From an uncultured Candidatus Poseidoniales archaeon (lineage in GTDB: Archaea > Thermoplasmatota > Poseidoniia > Poseidoniales > Poseidoniaceae), in assembly GCA_964526445.1 (NCBI GenBank), contig CAZGIY010000001.1, positions 20,363 through 84,362 on the forward strand: 64,000 nucleotides of DNA. The letters run 5' to 3'. The position numbers and the translations under genes were made by a program. Shown here piece after piece: positions 1 through 8,745 of the stretch (position 1 is its first letter; each line of letters opens with the position of its first letter). The notes below the pieces were generated by a model. That model ran no database searches. It worked only from the letters and a program-made list of their open reading frames with translations, and was not told the DNA's origin.

Positions 1-491
1 TTGACATTTTTTGATTTTTGCGCCTTTGGAGCGAAGACGTTTACCGGTTCTGCGGGGGGCAATACTGAGGCTATGGCCTCTTCAGAAGGGGCTTTCCCAG
101 ATTCGTGTAATTTGTTTGTCAAGGCTGGTTTTACAGAGAGGTCTCCCTCCATAGATTTCTTTTTACGTTCTAGATCGGCCAAGCGGTCCTCTCTTGTCTC
201 TTGCTTAATCTCTGTCTTTTCAGGAAGAACATTCTTGGTTTGGTTGCTTCTTTCTCCACCACCTGCTTTTGCAGGTCCACTGGCGTTTACACCCGGCTTG
301 CCTTTCATCCGATTAAGCGCCTCTTTTCGCTTCTTTTCCAGTTCGGCCCTGCCATCATTGGTTGGTTTGGTCGGAGCGGGCCTACGTTTGGCAGGCTGCT
401 TTGCTTTCTTCTTTTGACCGGTGGCTTTGCGGTTTGAACGCGGAGAACCTTGTGCGAAGGGATTGACAGGGTCCTCGTCTCTGCGTCGCAA
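1..491 (-). CDS. Hypothetical Lys/Pro/Glu-rich protein, runs off the window start (not in ORF track)
   Basis: Hand translation: TTG at 491 after GAGGTTGA, MRRRDEDPVNPFAQGSPRSNRKATGQKKKAKQPAKRRPAP..., open with no stop to position 1. Confidence 0.7.
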   Translation of the reverse strand, partial: MRRRDEDPVNPFAQGSPRSNRKATGQKKKAKQPAKRRPAPTKPTNDGRAELEKKRKEALNRMKGKPGVNASGPAKAGGGERSNQTKNVLPEKTEIKQETREDRLADLERKKKSMEGDLSVKPALTNKLHESGKAPSEEAIASVLPPAEPVNVFAPKAQKSKNV

Positions 492-555
492 GTGAAAATC
501 AACCTCGTCGAACGGTCCAACCCACCTATGTTAACGCTTTGCCCAGTGAATGCTC

Positions 556-1569
556 TTAGGGCCAACAGATATCGGTCTGATCTGTACGTAGTAATTGGTC
601 AACAGCGCTATTTTCCAATAAGGTTGGCCCAGCATGTTTCAATTGCATCCATCCAAGTCTTGCAATCATGCTTCCATTGTCTACACAATACATCTTCTCA
701 GGAACATGTGAACTACATCCTCTTTCATTTGCCATGATAGATGACATTTCGCATAATCTCTGGTTGCAGGCGACTCCTCCTCCGAGCAGGATTTCTTTTT
801 TACCAGTATGAGCCAGTGCACGTTCGGCAACTTCGATACATGCAGCAAAAGCATGTTCTTGCAGAGACCAGCAGACTGCACCAAGAGGGGCGCCTCTGTC
901 GACCAAACCTTTGGCAGCTGTTAACAGGCCCGAGAATGTCAAATCCATCCCATGCACTGCATAAGGCAACTCTAGGCCTTCTAGTGATGCATATGGGTTC
1001 TCTTGTAACCATTCCTTAGCTTTAGCCTCAATCTTGGGCCCGCCAGGAAAAGACATACCATTGTCTCTAGCAAATTTATCGAGCATGTTACCAATGCCGA
1101 TGTCGAGAGTCTCGCCCAATACTCGATAGCGATTGCCTAGACGCGCAATGACTTGAGTATTCCCTCCTGAAACATAGAGCAAAACAGGATCATCGCAACC
1201 ACATCTTTCTCTACCTATCTCGATGTGGGCTACACAGTGATTCACGCCAACTAAAGGTATGTCTAAGCGAGTTGAAAGAGCTCTTGCAACCGATGCGCCA
1301 ACCCTTAGGCACGGAGCTAGGCCTGGTCCCTGTGAATATGCGATAGCATCGATATCTTTCGGCTCAAGATCGTTGTTCTTCAACCAATCACTTAGGATAC
1401 TTGGCGAATTTTCTGCATGGTGATCTGCCGCTTCACGAGGGTGGATGCCTCCTTCTTTTGGTCGCAGAAATGCGGAACATGATGGGCCTGGAGCGCCTGA
1501 TGAATCAACTAAGCCAAAGGAGAAAGTATGTGCTGTTGATTCGATTCCTAGCACTACCCCCTTGCCCAT
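556..1569 (-). CDS. kae1: t6A tRNA threonylcarbamoyltransferase Kae1/TsaD (KEOPS), not fused to Bud32
   Basis: VLGIESTAHT, GGIHPREAADHH, GPGLAPCLRVG, NHCVAHIE, YVSGGNTQ, DNGSMIA; ATG 1569 after GGTGA. Confidence 0.96.
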   Translation of the reverse strand: MGKGVVLGIESTAHTFSFGLVDSSGAPGPSCSAFLRPKEGGIHPREAADHHAENSPSILSDWLKNNDLEPKDIDAIAYSQGPGLAPCLRVGASVARALSTRLDIPLVGVNHCVAHIEIGRERCGCDDPVLLYVSGGNTQVIARLGNRYRVLGETLDIGIGNMLDKFARDNGMSFPGGPKIEAKAKEWLQENPYASLEGLELPYAVHGMDLTFSGLLTAAKGLVDRGAPLGAVCWSLQEHAFAACIEVAERALAHTGKKEILLGGGVACNQRLCEMSSIMANERGCSSHVPEKMYCVDNGSMIARLGWMQLKHAGPTLLENSAVDQLLRTDQTDICWP

Positions 1570-1626
1570 GTTAATCACCCCTCTGTCAGGGGCAGGCCAT
1601 TTGAACCGTGCCCTTATGCGATGTAC

Positions 1627-2907
1627 ATGCGGAGCCTGATGTTGGACATTGGTCCCTTGGCACATTTGTCGCATGGTTCAGGTCTCTTACGAGGACAAGA
1701 GATGTTGGATGAAGAGAACCTAATCACTGATTCTGGCAAGGGAATTTTGATTGAAAATGGTCAAATTTCAGCGATTGAGGACTCGGATGAGTTGCGCGAG
1801 GAATACCTCGGTGGGCAAAAAGGACGTAATCTGAGCTCTCAGGAATTCGATGGAATTGAACTGCTGGAAGTAGGAGGGCGCGCAGTCATTCCCGGATTGG
1901 TTGATGCTCATACTCACTTGATGTGGGGCGGAGATCGTTCTAGAGAAGCGCGATGGAGGCAACAGGGCCTCTCCTATCACGAAATCGCCCAAAAAGGAGG
2001 GGGAATTGCACATACTGTCAACGAAACTAGGGGATTGCCATTGGATAATCTGGTGAAAATTGGGCTAGATAGAATTCACACTGCTTTGTTGAATGGAACT
2101 ACGGCTATGGAGGTGAAGAGTGGCTATGGTTTAGACACAGAGTGTGAATTGAGACTTCTACAGGCTGCTGAGGAACTTCGGGGAGTTTCGATAGATTCTA
2201 CATGGCTAGGTGCGCATGCTGCACCTCCTGGAATGAAGAGGGAGGATTATGTTGAACAGATTCTATCTGAACAGTTACCTGAGGTATTGGATTCAGGTCT
2301 CGCCCGAAGTGCAGATGTTTTTTGTGAACCAGGGTGGTTCACTTTGGAAGAAACAGAAGAAATCTGCAAAGCAGCAATGGCTGGAGGAATGGATATACGG
2401 CTCCATGTGGATGAATTCGCAGATGCAGGTGGTTTATCTCTAGCCGCCGAATTAAACTCGCAATCTGGTGATCATGCTCATTGGAGTAGTGATGATGCGA
2501 GATCAAAGGCAGATGCTGCGAACACATTGCAATGCTTCTTACCAGGTACACCCTATTCTATGGGCGAGACACATTTCCCTCCTGCATCAGAGTGTATTGA
2601 AAACGGCTATGCTTGGGCAGCAGCAACCGATTTCAACCCGAATTGTAGAATATTGTCATTACCGTTTGTAGGAAGTCTATTGACTCAGCGAATGGGTGTG
2701 GATCCTCTGGCTAGTTTGGTGGCCGTCTCAAGAAATCCGGCCCAGGTTACTATGCACGAGGAAGGGTTGGATCATGGCATGATCAAAGTTGGAGGTGCGG
2801 CAGATATCAACATTCTAGCATCCCCATTCTGGGAGTCCTGGTGTCAACAGCCAAGCAATTCACCCTTTGCGGTTACTCTTAGGTCAGGTGTGGCGACATA
2901 TTATTGA
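1627..2907 (+). CDS. hutI: Imidazolonepropionase
   Basis: PGLVDAHTHL, GGGIAHTV, EVKSGYGL, TWLGAHA, DVFCEPG, HVDEF, ATDFNP. Confidence 0.92.
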   Translation: MRSLMLDIGPLAHLSHGSGLLRGQEMLDEENLITDSGKGILIENGQISAIEDSDELREEYLGGQKGRNLSSQEFDGIELLEVGGRAVIPGLVDAHTHLMWGGDRSREARWRQQGLSYHEIAQKGGGIAHTVNETRGLPLDNLVKIGLDRIHTALLNGTTAMEVKSGYGLDTECELRLLQAAEELRGVSIDSTWLGAHAAPPGMKREDYVEQILSEQLPEVLDSGLARSADVFCEPGWFTLEETEEICKAAMAGGMDIRLHVDEFADAGGLSLAAELNSQSGDHAHWSSDDARSKADAANTLQCFLPGTPYSMGETHFPPASECIENGYAWAAATDFNPNCRILSLPFVGSLLTQRMGVDPLASLVAVSRNPAQVTMHEEGLDHGMIKVGGAADINILASPFWESWCQQPSNSPFAVTLRSGVATYY

Positions 2908-2987
2908 AAATATCATTATAGGTGCACTATTCATTATTACAGTAAAACCATATTAAATGATTATTATTTATATTTCAAGGTGGAACT

Positions 2988-3314
2988 ATGTGGATGGAGA
3001 CAGCGGTACTTTCTGCACGACCTGGATATGAAGCGCGACTTCGCCGTCTTCTCAAAGCCCGTAGTGCCATAAGACGTAATTCAGAAGGTTGCCTACTTTC
3101 TTGGGTAGGCGAGACTAGTGTTGGAAAAGGCACATTCCTTCTACAAGCACTGTATATTTCAGAAGATGCAATTAGTGATGCCCTCAAACAGGTATCTTCC
3201 CTCGATCAATCTGATGGAGGGCTTGAATCTGTCATCGAGGGCCCGCCTCTCGTGGGTATTTTCGAGGTAGATTCCGAAGATGTTGGTATAATCGATGGAC
3301 GGGTGGGCGCATAA
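2988..3314 (+). CDS. Small dimeric alpha-beta barrel (ABM-like) protein
   Basis: 108 aa; LSARPGYEARL start and IEGPPLVGIFEV end resemble the ABM family. Confidence 0.5.
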   Translation: MWMETAVLSARPGYEARLRRLLKARSAIRRNSEGCLLSWVGETSVGKGTFLLQALYISEDAISDALKQVSSLDQSDGGLESVIEGPPLVGIFEVDSEDVGIIDGRVGA

Positions 3315-3330
3315 TGTACGTTATGCGCCC
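3305..3330. terminator. Hairpin over the stop of the ABM-like gene
   Basis: Perfect 10-bp inverted repeat GGGCGCATAA-tgtacg-TTATGCGCCC. Confidence 0.45.
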
Positions 3331-3488
3331 TTGGACATGTGTGAGTAGGACTCAATTGCAGTAGAATTCCGGTAAATAGGCTCGCAGTAGGCCACTATTA
3401 ATGAAATACTTGAGGAGAAATGCAAATTTGTGCCTCAGAGCCTATACTTGGAGGGGAAAAAATCACTCAACTTACGAGATGATATGTT

Positions 3489-3564
3489 TGGTGGGCTCGG
3501 CCAGAATTGAACTGGCGATCTTTGCCATGTCAAGGCAACGTCATGACCCCTAGACCACGAGCCC
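3489..3564 (-). tRNA. tRNA-Val(GAC), CCA encoded, no intron
   Basis: Reverse complement GGGCTCG TGGTCTAGGGGTCATGACG TTGCC TT-GAC-AT GGCAA AGATC GCCAG TTCAATT CTGGC CGAGCCC ACCA folds into a 76-nt cloverleaf. Confidence 0.97.
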
Positions 3565-3619
3565 GATGGCACAATCGATGGTGGCGGTCTATTTATCCGA
3601 ATCGGTATGCGTATCAGAC

Positions 3620-3772
3620 TCACGCGATAATCTTTGAGATTCTTCCGGTGCATCCATCTTGGCTGCAGGTGCCAGCTACACGTTTACGTCCGTTGTTCAT
3701 AGTGTGCATCTCTGGTCCTGAAATCGGGCCATAAGTCTTGCATTTCAAGCAGAATCCCTGATACTCGGCCAT
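3620..3772 (-). CDS. 50-aa zinc-ribbon protein, DUF5679-like
   Basis: MAEYQGFCLKCK...MNNGRKRVAGTCSQDGCTGRISKII fits the (Y/F)CxKC...MxNGR...GxC pattern. Confidence 0.75.
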   Translation of the reverse strand: MAEYQGFCLKCKTYGPISGPEMHTMNNGRKRVAGTCSQDGCTGRISKIIA

Positions 3773-3875
3773 CTGAATCAGTTTCTGCATTGGCTTTGCG
3801 GATATGAACACTCCGCCAATACCTTGCTGAAAGACCAATTAATTCAAATCAATGGTTTTTAACAATAAAAGAAAA

Positions 3876-4229
3876 TTATTCTTCTTCAATCAATACTTCA
3901 ACTGGTGGCACTTCCACTTCCAACCGCTTGGACGAAACTTCAGATTCATCAGGGATGTGAAAATCAGAAATTCCCCCCCGCCATTTTGTAGTCATATCCT
4001 CGACTTCCTCGTTTTCAATTTGTGGAATTTCTGAATCTGGATTAAGACTGTACATAATTGGATCAATGGGTTTTACTGGCTCCTCTGTTCGTATAGGTTG
4101 TGCCCTTTCCTCAAGGTGCGCAGTAGTGTGAAAGGTGCCGCATTCAGGGCATCTACTAGAACCAACTTGCTGTATACAACCACATGCTGAACAGACGCTC
4201 AGTCCGTCGAAGACGGCGAGCGGATCCAT
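3876..4229 (-). CDS. Hypothetical protein, N-terminal zinc ribbon plus acidic tail
   Basis: CSACG...CPECG; begins just after the upstream stop, GGAGTGA SD. Confidence 0.75.
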   Translation of the reverse strand: MDPLAVFDGLSVCSACGCIQQVGSSRCPECGTFHTTAHLEERAQPIRTEEPVKPIDPIMYSLNPDSEIPQIENEEVEDMTTKWRGGISDFHIPDESEVSSKRLEVEVPPVEVLIEEE

Positions 4230-4234
4230 TTTCT

Positions 4235-6121
4235 TCACTCCAGAAACATGCTGTCCTGAGGAGCCTCGATTTCGTCTCCAGTTTCTTCATCTTCGATGAT
4301 TACAGTCTCAGCATCATCATCGAATTCCAGGATGGTTCCGAAAATCTCCTCGCCGTCCAATTCGACTCCAACTCTGGAACCTACGTCGATGTCTTCTCCC
4401 TCATCGCCGTCCTCTCCATCGTCTTCAGAATCCTCATCATCATCTGAGTCTTCATCCGAATCCTCATCATCATCTGAGTCTTCATCCGTATCCTCATCTT
4501 CTGAATCTTCTTCTTCATCTGAATCCTCATCTGAATCCTCATCGTCATCATCTTCGGATTCCTCATCATCTGAGTCTTCATCCGAATCTTCACTATCACC
4601 AGCATCTTCGTCTTCTGCTTCATCGTCTGAATCCTTCTCGTCCGAATTGTCTTCATCGGACTCAGTTTCTTCTGTAGAATCTCCCTTCGCTTTTGCTCTC
4701 CACTGTTTCATCAATACCAAATGGGCATACAGAGAACCTCCAAGACCAATGGCACCGAGGATAATCATCAGGATACCGTCCCAATAGAAGCCAGCAGGCA
4801 TTGAACCAGCTCCATCACCAGCAAGAGGTGTCAAGGAATTAGCACAATCGTGAATAGAAGGGTCACAAGCAGTTGAATCACCCTCGTTAATCAGGTTATC
4901 ATCAGCATCAACAAAGGCATCTCCTGTGTGTTCAATGATGCCTCCTTCTCCGCTCACAAATATTCCTAGTCCATTTGCAATCCATAGAACCATGAATAGT
5001 CCGAAGAGTGCATGCATAATTGGCCAAAATATGTCATTCGCCTTCTTTGACATCAATTTCTTTTGCAGGTCAGAGGGGAATTCCTTACTTGTAGCCGAAT
5101 CGCTCTTTTCTTCATTAGCAGCCTTCTCTTCTTCATCTTCGAAGGTTTCGCCAAATGCGACAACTAATTCTTCGATACTTATGCTTCCATTTTCGTCGAA
5201 ATCAACCTCTGCCATGACTTCATCAACATCATCATCTGAGATAACGCCACCACCGAATTGAGTTAGTGCTGAATTAAGTTCTTCCCTGTCAATCTGTCCA
5301 TCATTATTGACGTCCATATGCTCAAAGGCGGCCTGCGCATTGTATCCTGCATCTTTGAAACTCTTGACCATTCTTCCTAGGGGAGTATCTGGTATTTCCT
5401 CTTCTTCATCATCGGAATCGTCATCCTCCTCCTCTTCGGAACCATCACTTTCTTGATCACCATCATCAGCGTCTTCTTCCCCGTCATCTGAATCGTCTTC
5501 TTCGTCCTCACCTTCGGATTCTACTTCTTCAGGGGCATCATCCTCTAAGTCCTCTTCTTCAGAAGCATCTTCCTGATCATCTGATTCTTCCTCTTCAGAA
5601 GCATCTTCCTGGTCATCTGATTCCTTCTCTTCGTCTTCAGGCCCCACCTCTTTGGAAGGTTTGTTATCAGGAGGTGTGAATGTTGATTCTAACTCTTGTA
5701 GGTCGATGACCCCGTTTCCATCCTCATCCAATGTGTCAACCAGGCGATTGACCTGAGATTCAGGCAGATCTGCAATATTCAATGCCAATAGACCAGTCTT
5801 GAATTCCTGTGCTTCTATTACTCCGTCGCCATTGGCGTCGAATCTTTTGAACAAATCTACGACTGAAAGACCAGTTGCATTCAACCAATCAGCGAGAATT
5901 TGGATAACGTCGTCTGCGACGAAAACCACTCCACATTGCGGACATGAACGCGAATCCAAGGGAACCAAAGCGCCACATGCGCCACATTCTCCTAGACTTG
6001 TATCACTCACACCGGTGAAGGATACTCCACACCCGGGACACTCCGTTGAGTCTACAGGGACTACTGCCCTACATGCTCCACACTCGGCCATACCTTCCTT
6101 GTCTGTATCTTCTTCAGTCAT
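4235..6121 (-). CDS. Membrane protein: double zinc ribbon, four EF-hands, two TM helices, acidic tracts, small C-terminal beta domain
   Basis: CGAC/CPGC and CGAC/CPQC; loops DANGDGVIEAQE, DEDGNGVIDLQE, DVNNDGQIDREE, DFDENGSISIEE; two hydrophobic helices. Confidence 0.85.
   Translation of the reverse strand: MTEEDTDKEGMAECGACRAVVPVDSTECPGCGVSFTGVSDTSLGECGACGALVPLDSRSCPQCGVVFVADDVIQILADWLNATGLSVVDLFKRFDANGDGVIEAQEFKTGLLALNIADLPESQVNRLVDTLDEDGNGVIDLQELESTFTPPDNKPSKEVGPEDEEKESDDQEDASEEEESDDQEDASEEEDLEDDAPEEVESEGEDEEDDSDDGEEDADDGDQESDGSEEEEDDDSDDEEEEIPDTPLGRMVKSFKDAGYNAQAAFEHMDVNNDGQIDREELNSALTQFGGGVISDDDVDEVMAEVDFDENGSISIEELVVAFGETFEDEEEKAANEEKSDSATSKEFPSDLQKKLMSKKANDIFWPIMHALFGLFMVLWIANGLGIFVSGEGGIIEHTGDAFVDADDNLINEGDSTACDPSIHDCANSLTPLAGDGAGSMPAGFYWDGILMIILGAIGLGGSLYAHLVLMKQWRAKAKGDSTEETESDEDNSDEKDSDDEAEDEDAGDSEDSDEDSDDEESEDDDDEDSDEDSDEEEDSEDEDTDEDSDDDEDSDEDSDDDEDSEDDGEDGDEGEDIDVGSRVGVELDGEEIFGTILEFDDDAETVIIEDEETGDEIEAPQDSMFLE
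4431..4490. repeat. 30-nt coding tandem repeat (2 copies, shorter third copy near 4560)
   Basis: TCCTCATCATCATCTGAGTCTTCATCCG(A/T)A twice; encodes Asp/Glu/Ser tract. Confidence 0.85.
5556..5623. repeat. 36-nt period coding duplication (ESDDQEDASEE twice)
   Basis: TCTTCAGAAGCATCTTCCTG(A/G)TCATCTGATTC at 5556 and 5592. Confidence 0.85.
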
Positions 6122-6246
6122 GGAAACCCATACTGTCCACATACCGTTTCGTTATAATCATATGTGGGTTCATTCTATCAATAATGGCCTAATTCCAAGC
6201 AGGATTAAGCGTCAGCGTCAAGAGCCTTCGGCAAGAGGGCGAAGTC

Positions 6247-7176
6247 ATGGCAGGGGTGCTTAGTGGCATGGGAATGCTGCCGCAGGAAGGTTCATGCCAC
6301 CTTATCGAAGAAGGGGTGGATGCTACATTCGCGTGGTTGGATCGCATCAATGCGGCAGGATACCACGCTATGCTGATGACTAGATTGCCTCCCCGCAGAC
6401 TGCTTGGTAAGGTAGATTTGAACAATATTGAAACATTGTGGCTTACTGAACGCGATGCTTCAAATGCCCTAACTCCCAGTCTTGAAAGAATCGCAAGTAG
6501 AATGCGTGATAGAATGGCAGAAAAATCAGGCATCATCATTCTTGATGGGCTTGAGCACTTGATGAGCCAACATGGTTTTGCCGCAGTATTGACATTTCTA
6601 AGGGCTATGATTGATGATTTGAGCACTTCAGCTTGGAGCCTATTGATTCCTGTAGAACCTCTTGCATTTGAAGATACAGAGATTGCAAGATTGCGCAGGG
6701 AGGCTCCGGTATGGAAGATTCCTCAACCAGAAGAAAGCGATGAAGAGGACTTAGAGGATGATGAAACAACGTTCCAAGAGATTATCTCCCCTGCAGAAGG
6801 TGACGAGGAATTACCCACATATGACACTGCAGGTGATGGTTCAATACGACTTGTACATCTGACTAAATTGCCTAGGGCCGGATTCAGTAGTTCTATTCTC
6901 AGAAGAAGAATTCTTGCGTGGAGGAGAATGGGGCTAGATGTTAGTGAACTTGAGCCAGCGATGAAATATCAGGATATTGATAGGGCATATGCTCTCTACA
7001 GGGTTGTTGAGGAGAAGGTCCGTACTGCGGTTGAATTGGATAGGAGAGTCGACCTCCTTGAAAGCGCAGGAGATAGCAGCAATGCCGCGTCTTTCAGGTT
7101 TAGAATTAGGCAACTAACCGGGCTGGAAGAAGTTTGGAGGTCCTTGGATATATTGTTGAAAGATCAATCGATATAA
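6247..7176 (+). CDS. DUF835-domain (RecA/KaiC-like, no Walker A) protein with helical C-terminal domain
   Basis: MTRLPP, LWLTE, PSLERI, IIILDGLEHL, FLRAMID, PLAFEDTEIARLRRE; C-terminal WRRMGLDVSELE. Confidence 0.8.
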   Translation: MAGVLSGMGMLPQEGSCHLIEEGVDATFAWLDRINAAGYHAMLMTRLPPRRLLGKVDLNNIETLWLTERDASNALTPSLERIASRMRDRMAEKSGIIILDGLEHLMSQHGFAAVLTFLRAMIDDLSTSAWSLLIPVEPLAFEDTEIARLRREAPVWKIPQPEESDEEDLEDDETTFQEIISPAEGDEELPTYDTAGDGSIRLVHLTKLPRAGFSSSILRRRILAWRRMGLDVSELEPAMKYQDIDRAYALYRVVEEKVRTAVELDRRVDLLESAGDSSNAASFRFRIRQLTGLEEVWRSLDILLKDQSI

Positions 7177-8732
7177 TTTGAAAGTCCTTGATCATCAGCA
7201 AAGCCATTGAGGAAATCATACGCTAAGTCTGCAATTTCTTGACTCAAACTTCTGTCTCCTTCAAGGGGGGCTACAATCCTTCTAACATGTGTATATAGGG
7301 CCTTGACGCCTTCTCCTAGCTCTTCGCTTATGTGTTCCAGCCCTTCACAGGCAATCAGCGCCTCACAAGCGAGAACATCTGCCAATCTCTGCGAGGCTTG
7401 CAAGAGATACCATGCTGCCGTTGCAGCCATACTAACATGGTCTTCTTGATTAGCAGAGGTTGACAGGCTAAATGTACTGTGCGGACGCGTATGTGCCCTC
7501 ATGTCTGCAATAGAAGCTGCAGCAGAATATTGCACAATCATCAATCCTGATTCAAGGCCGGATTGTGAAGCCAAGAAGGCTGGAAGTGAACTCCTTTTGG
7601 CATCGAGCATAGTATCCATGCGTCGTTCACTGATACTAGCCAATTCAAAGACGGCTGCATTCATTGCATCTGCAGCAAGTCCCAAAATTTCGCCATGGAA
7701 GTTACCCCCGCTAACCACTTCATGTGGACCTGGGTTCTTAGAATCAGGAAAGATCAACGGGTTATCAGTTGCAGAATTCAATTCGATAGTAATGACTTCA
7801 TACAGTCTGTGCAGTGCTTCATTAGCAGGCCCATGGACTTGTGGGGCACACCTGAATGAGTATGGGTCTTGAACACGGTCACAATCAGCGTGCGATTCAA
7901 GATTTGACGAATTTTGCATAGCCTTTCGAATCCGTGAAGCAACTAGTGCTTGACCAGAATGCGGCCTTGCCCTGTGCAATCTCTTATCGGCAGGAGCAAT
8001 AGAAGATTTTGTTGCCTCAATTGATGCGCATAAAATCAGATCGCAAAGGGGGAGTAGGTCCCTCAGGACAGCGTAAGAAATAGACAGCCAAGATAATATT
8101 TGGCTGGTCCCATTAATCAGTGACAAGCCCTCCTTGGCTTGCAAGGTTATTGGATTAAGATCGCAGGCAGCAAGTGCTTTTTTCGTTGGCATAATGTTTC
8201 CATCTTCATCGCACACTTCTCCTTCTCCAATCAGGGTTAAGGCGACATGAGACAACGGTGCGAGGTCTCCAGATGCCCCAAGGCTCCCGATACGCGGAAC
8301 TACAGGGGTCAAACCAAGATTCAACATTTCCAAAATTCTTTCAATAACGCTAATTCTAATGCCACTGTTTCCCTTACACAACGAATTGGCTCTTGCTACC
8401 ATCATCGCTCTGACAGGAACAGCATCCATGGGCTCACCGATTCCACAGGCATGACTTCGAATCAAGTTGGTTTGCAAATCAGAAAGGCTGGCTGCATCTA
8501 TTCTAGTATTGCACAATGCGCCGAATCCAGTATTGATTCCATAGGCAGTTTCTTCTCGTTGAATTATTCCTTCTACTGTTTTTCTAGCGGAATCAATTCG
8601 AGTCCTTGCATCCTCGCAAATAGAAACTGTGGCAATTCCAGTCGCTACTAGAAGCATTGCTTCAGGAGACAGCGTTGCACCGTCCAGCTCAATATTCAAC
8701 AATCTACCCCGCTCCTTGCCATCGATATCCAT
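7164..8732 (-). CDS. hutH: Histidine ammonia-lyase
   Basis: YGINTGFG, LIRSHACG, MIO motif GSLGASGDLAPLSH, KEGLSLINGT, QDPYSFRC, GGNFHG, ANQEDHVSM; start uncertain (ORF extends to 8753). Confidence 0.95.
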   Translation of the reverse strand: MDIDGKERGRLLNIELDGATLSPEAMLLVATGIATVSICEDARTRIDSARKTVEGIIQREETAYGINTGFGALCNTRIDAASLSDLQTNLIRSHACGIGEPMDAVPVRAMMVARANSLCKGNSGIRISVIERILEMLNLGLTPVVPRIGSLGASGDLAPLSHVALTLIGEGEVCDEDGNIMPTKKALAACDLNPITLQAKEGLSLINGTSQILSWLSISYAVLRDLLPLCDLILCASIEATKSSIAPADKRLHRARPHSGQALVASRIRKAMQNSSNLESHADCDRVQDPYSFRCAPQVHGPANEALHRLYEVITIELNSATDNPLIFPDSKNPGPHEVVSGGNFHGEILGLAADAMNAAVFELASISERRMDTMLDAKRSSLPAFLASQSGLESGLMIVQYSAAASIADMRAHTRPHSTFSLSTSANQEDHVSMAATAAWYLLQASQRLADVLACEALIACEGLEHISEELGEGVKALYTHVRRIVAPLEGDRSLSQEIADLAYDFLNGFADDQGLSNYID

Positions 8733-8745
8733 TGAATACAGTTGC

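Noticed and set aside
1..417. Plus-strand 138-aa ORF and minus-strand 305..565 ORF
   Set aside because: Shadow frames of the minus-strand CDS that starts at 491
2908..3488. Integrated element at the tRNA-Val 3' end
   Set aside because: No integrase and no duplicated tRNA end seen
4431..4590. 30-nt repeats as a CRISPR array
   Set aside because: Directly tandem, in-frame coding, no spacers, no cas genes
4296..4787. Ser-rich 163-aa ORF
   Set aside because: Antisense of the Asp/Glu tract (GAT/GAA codons read as Ser)
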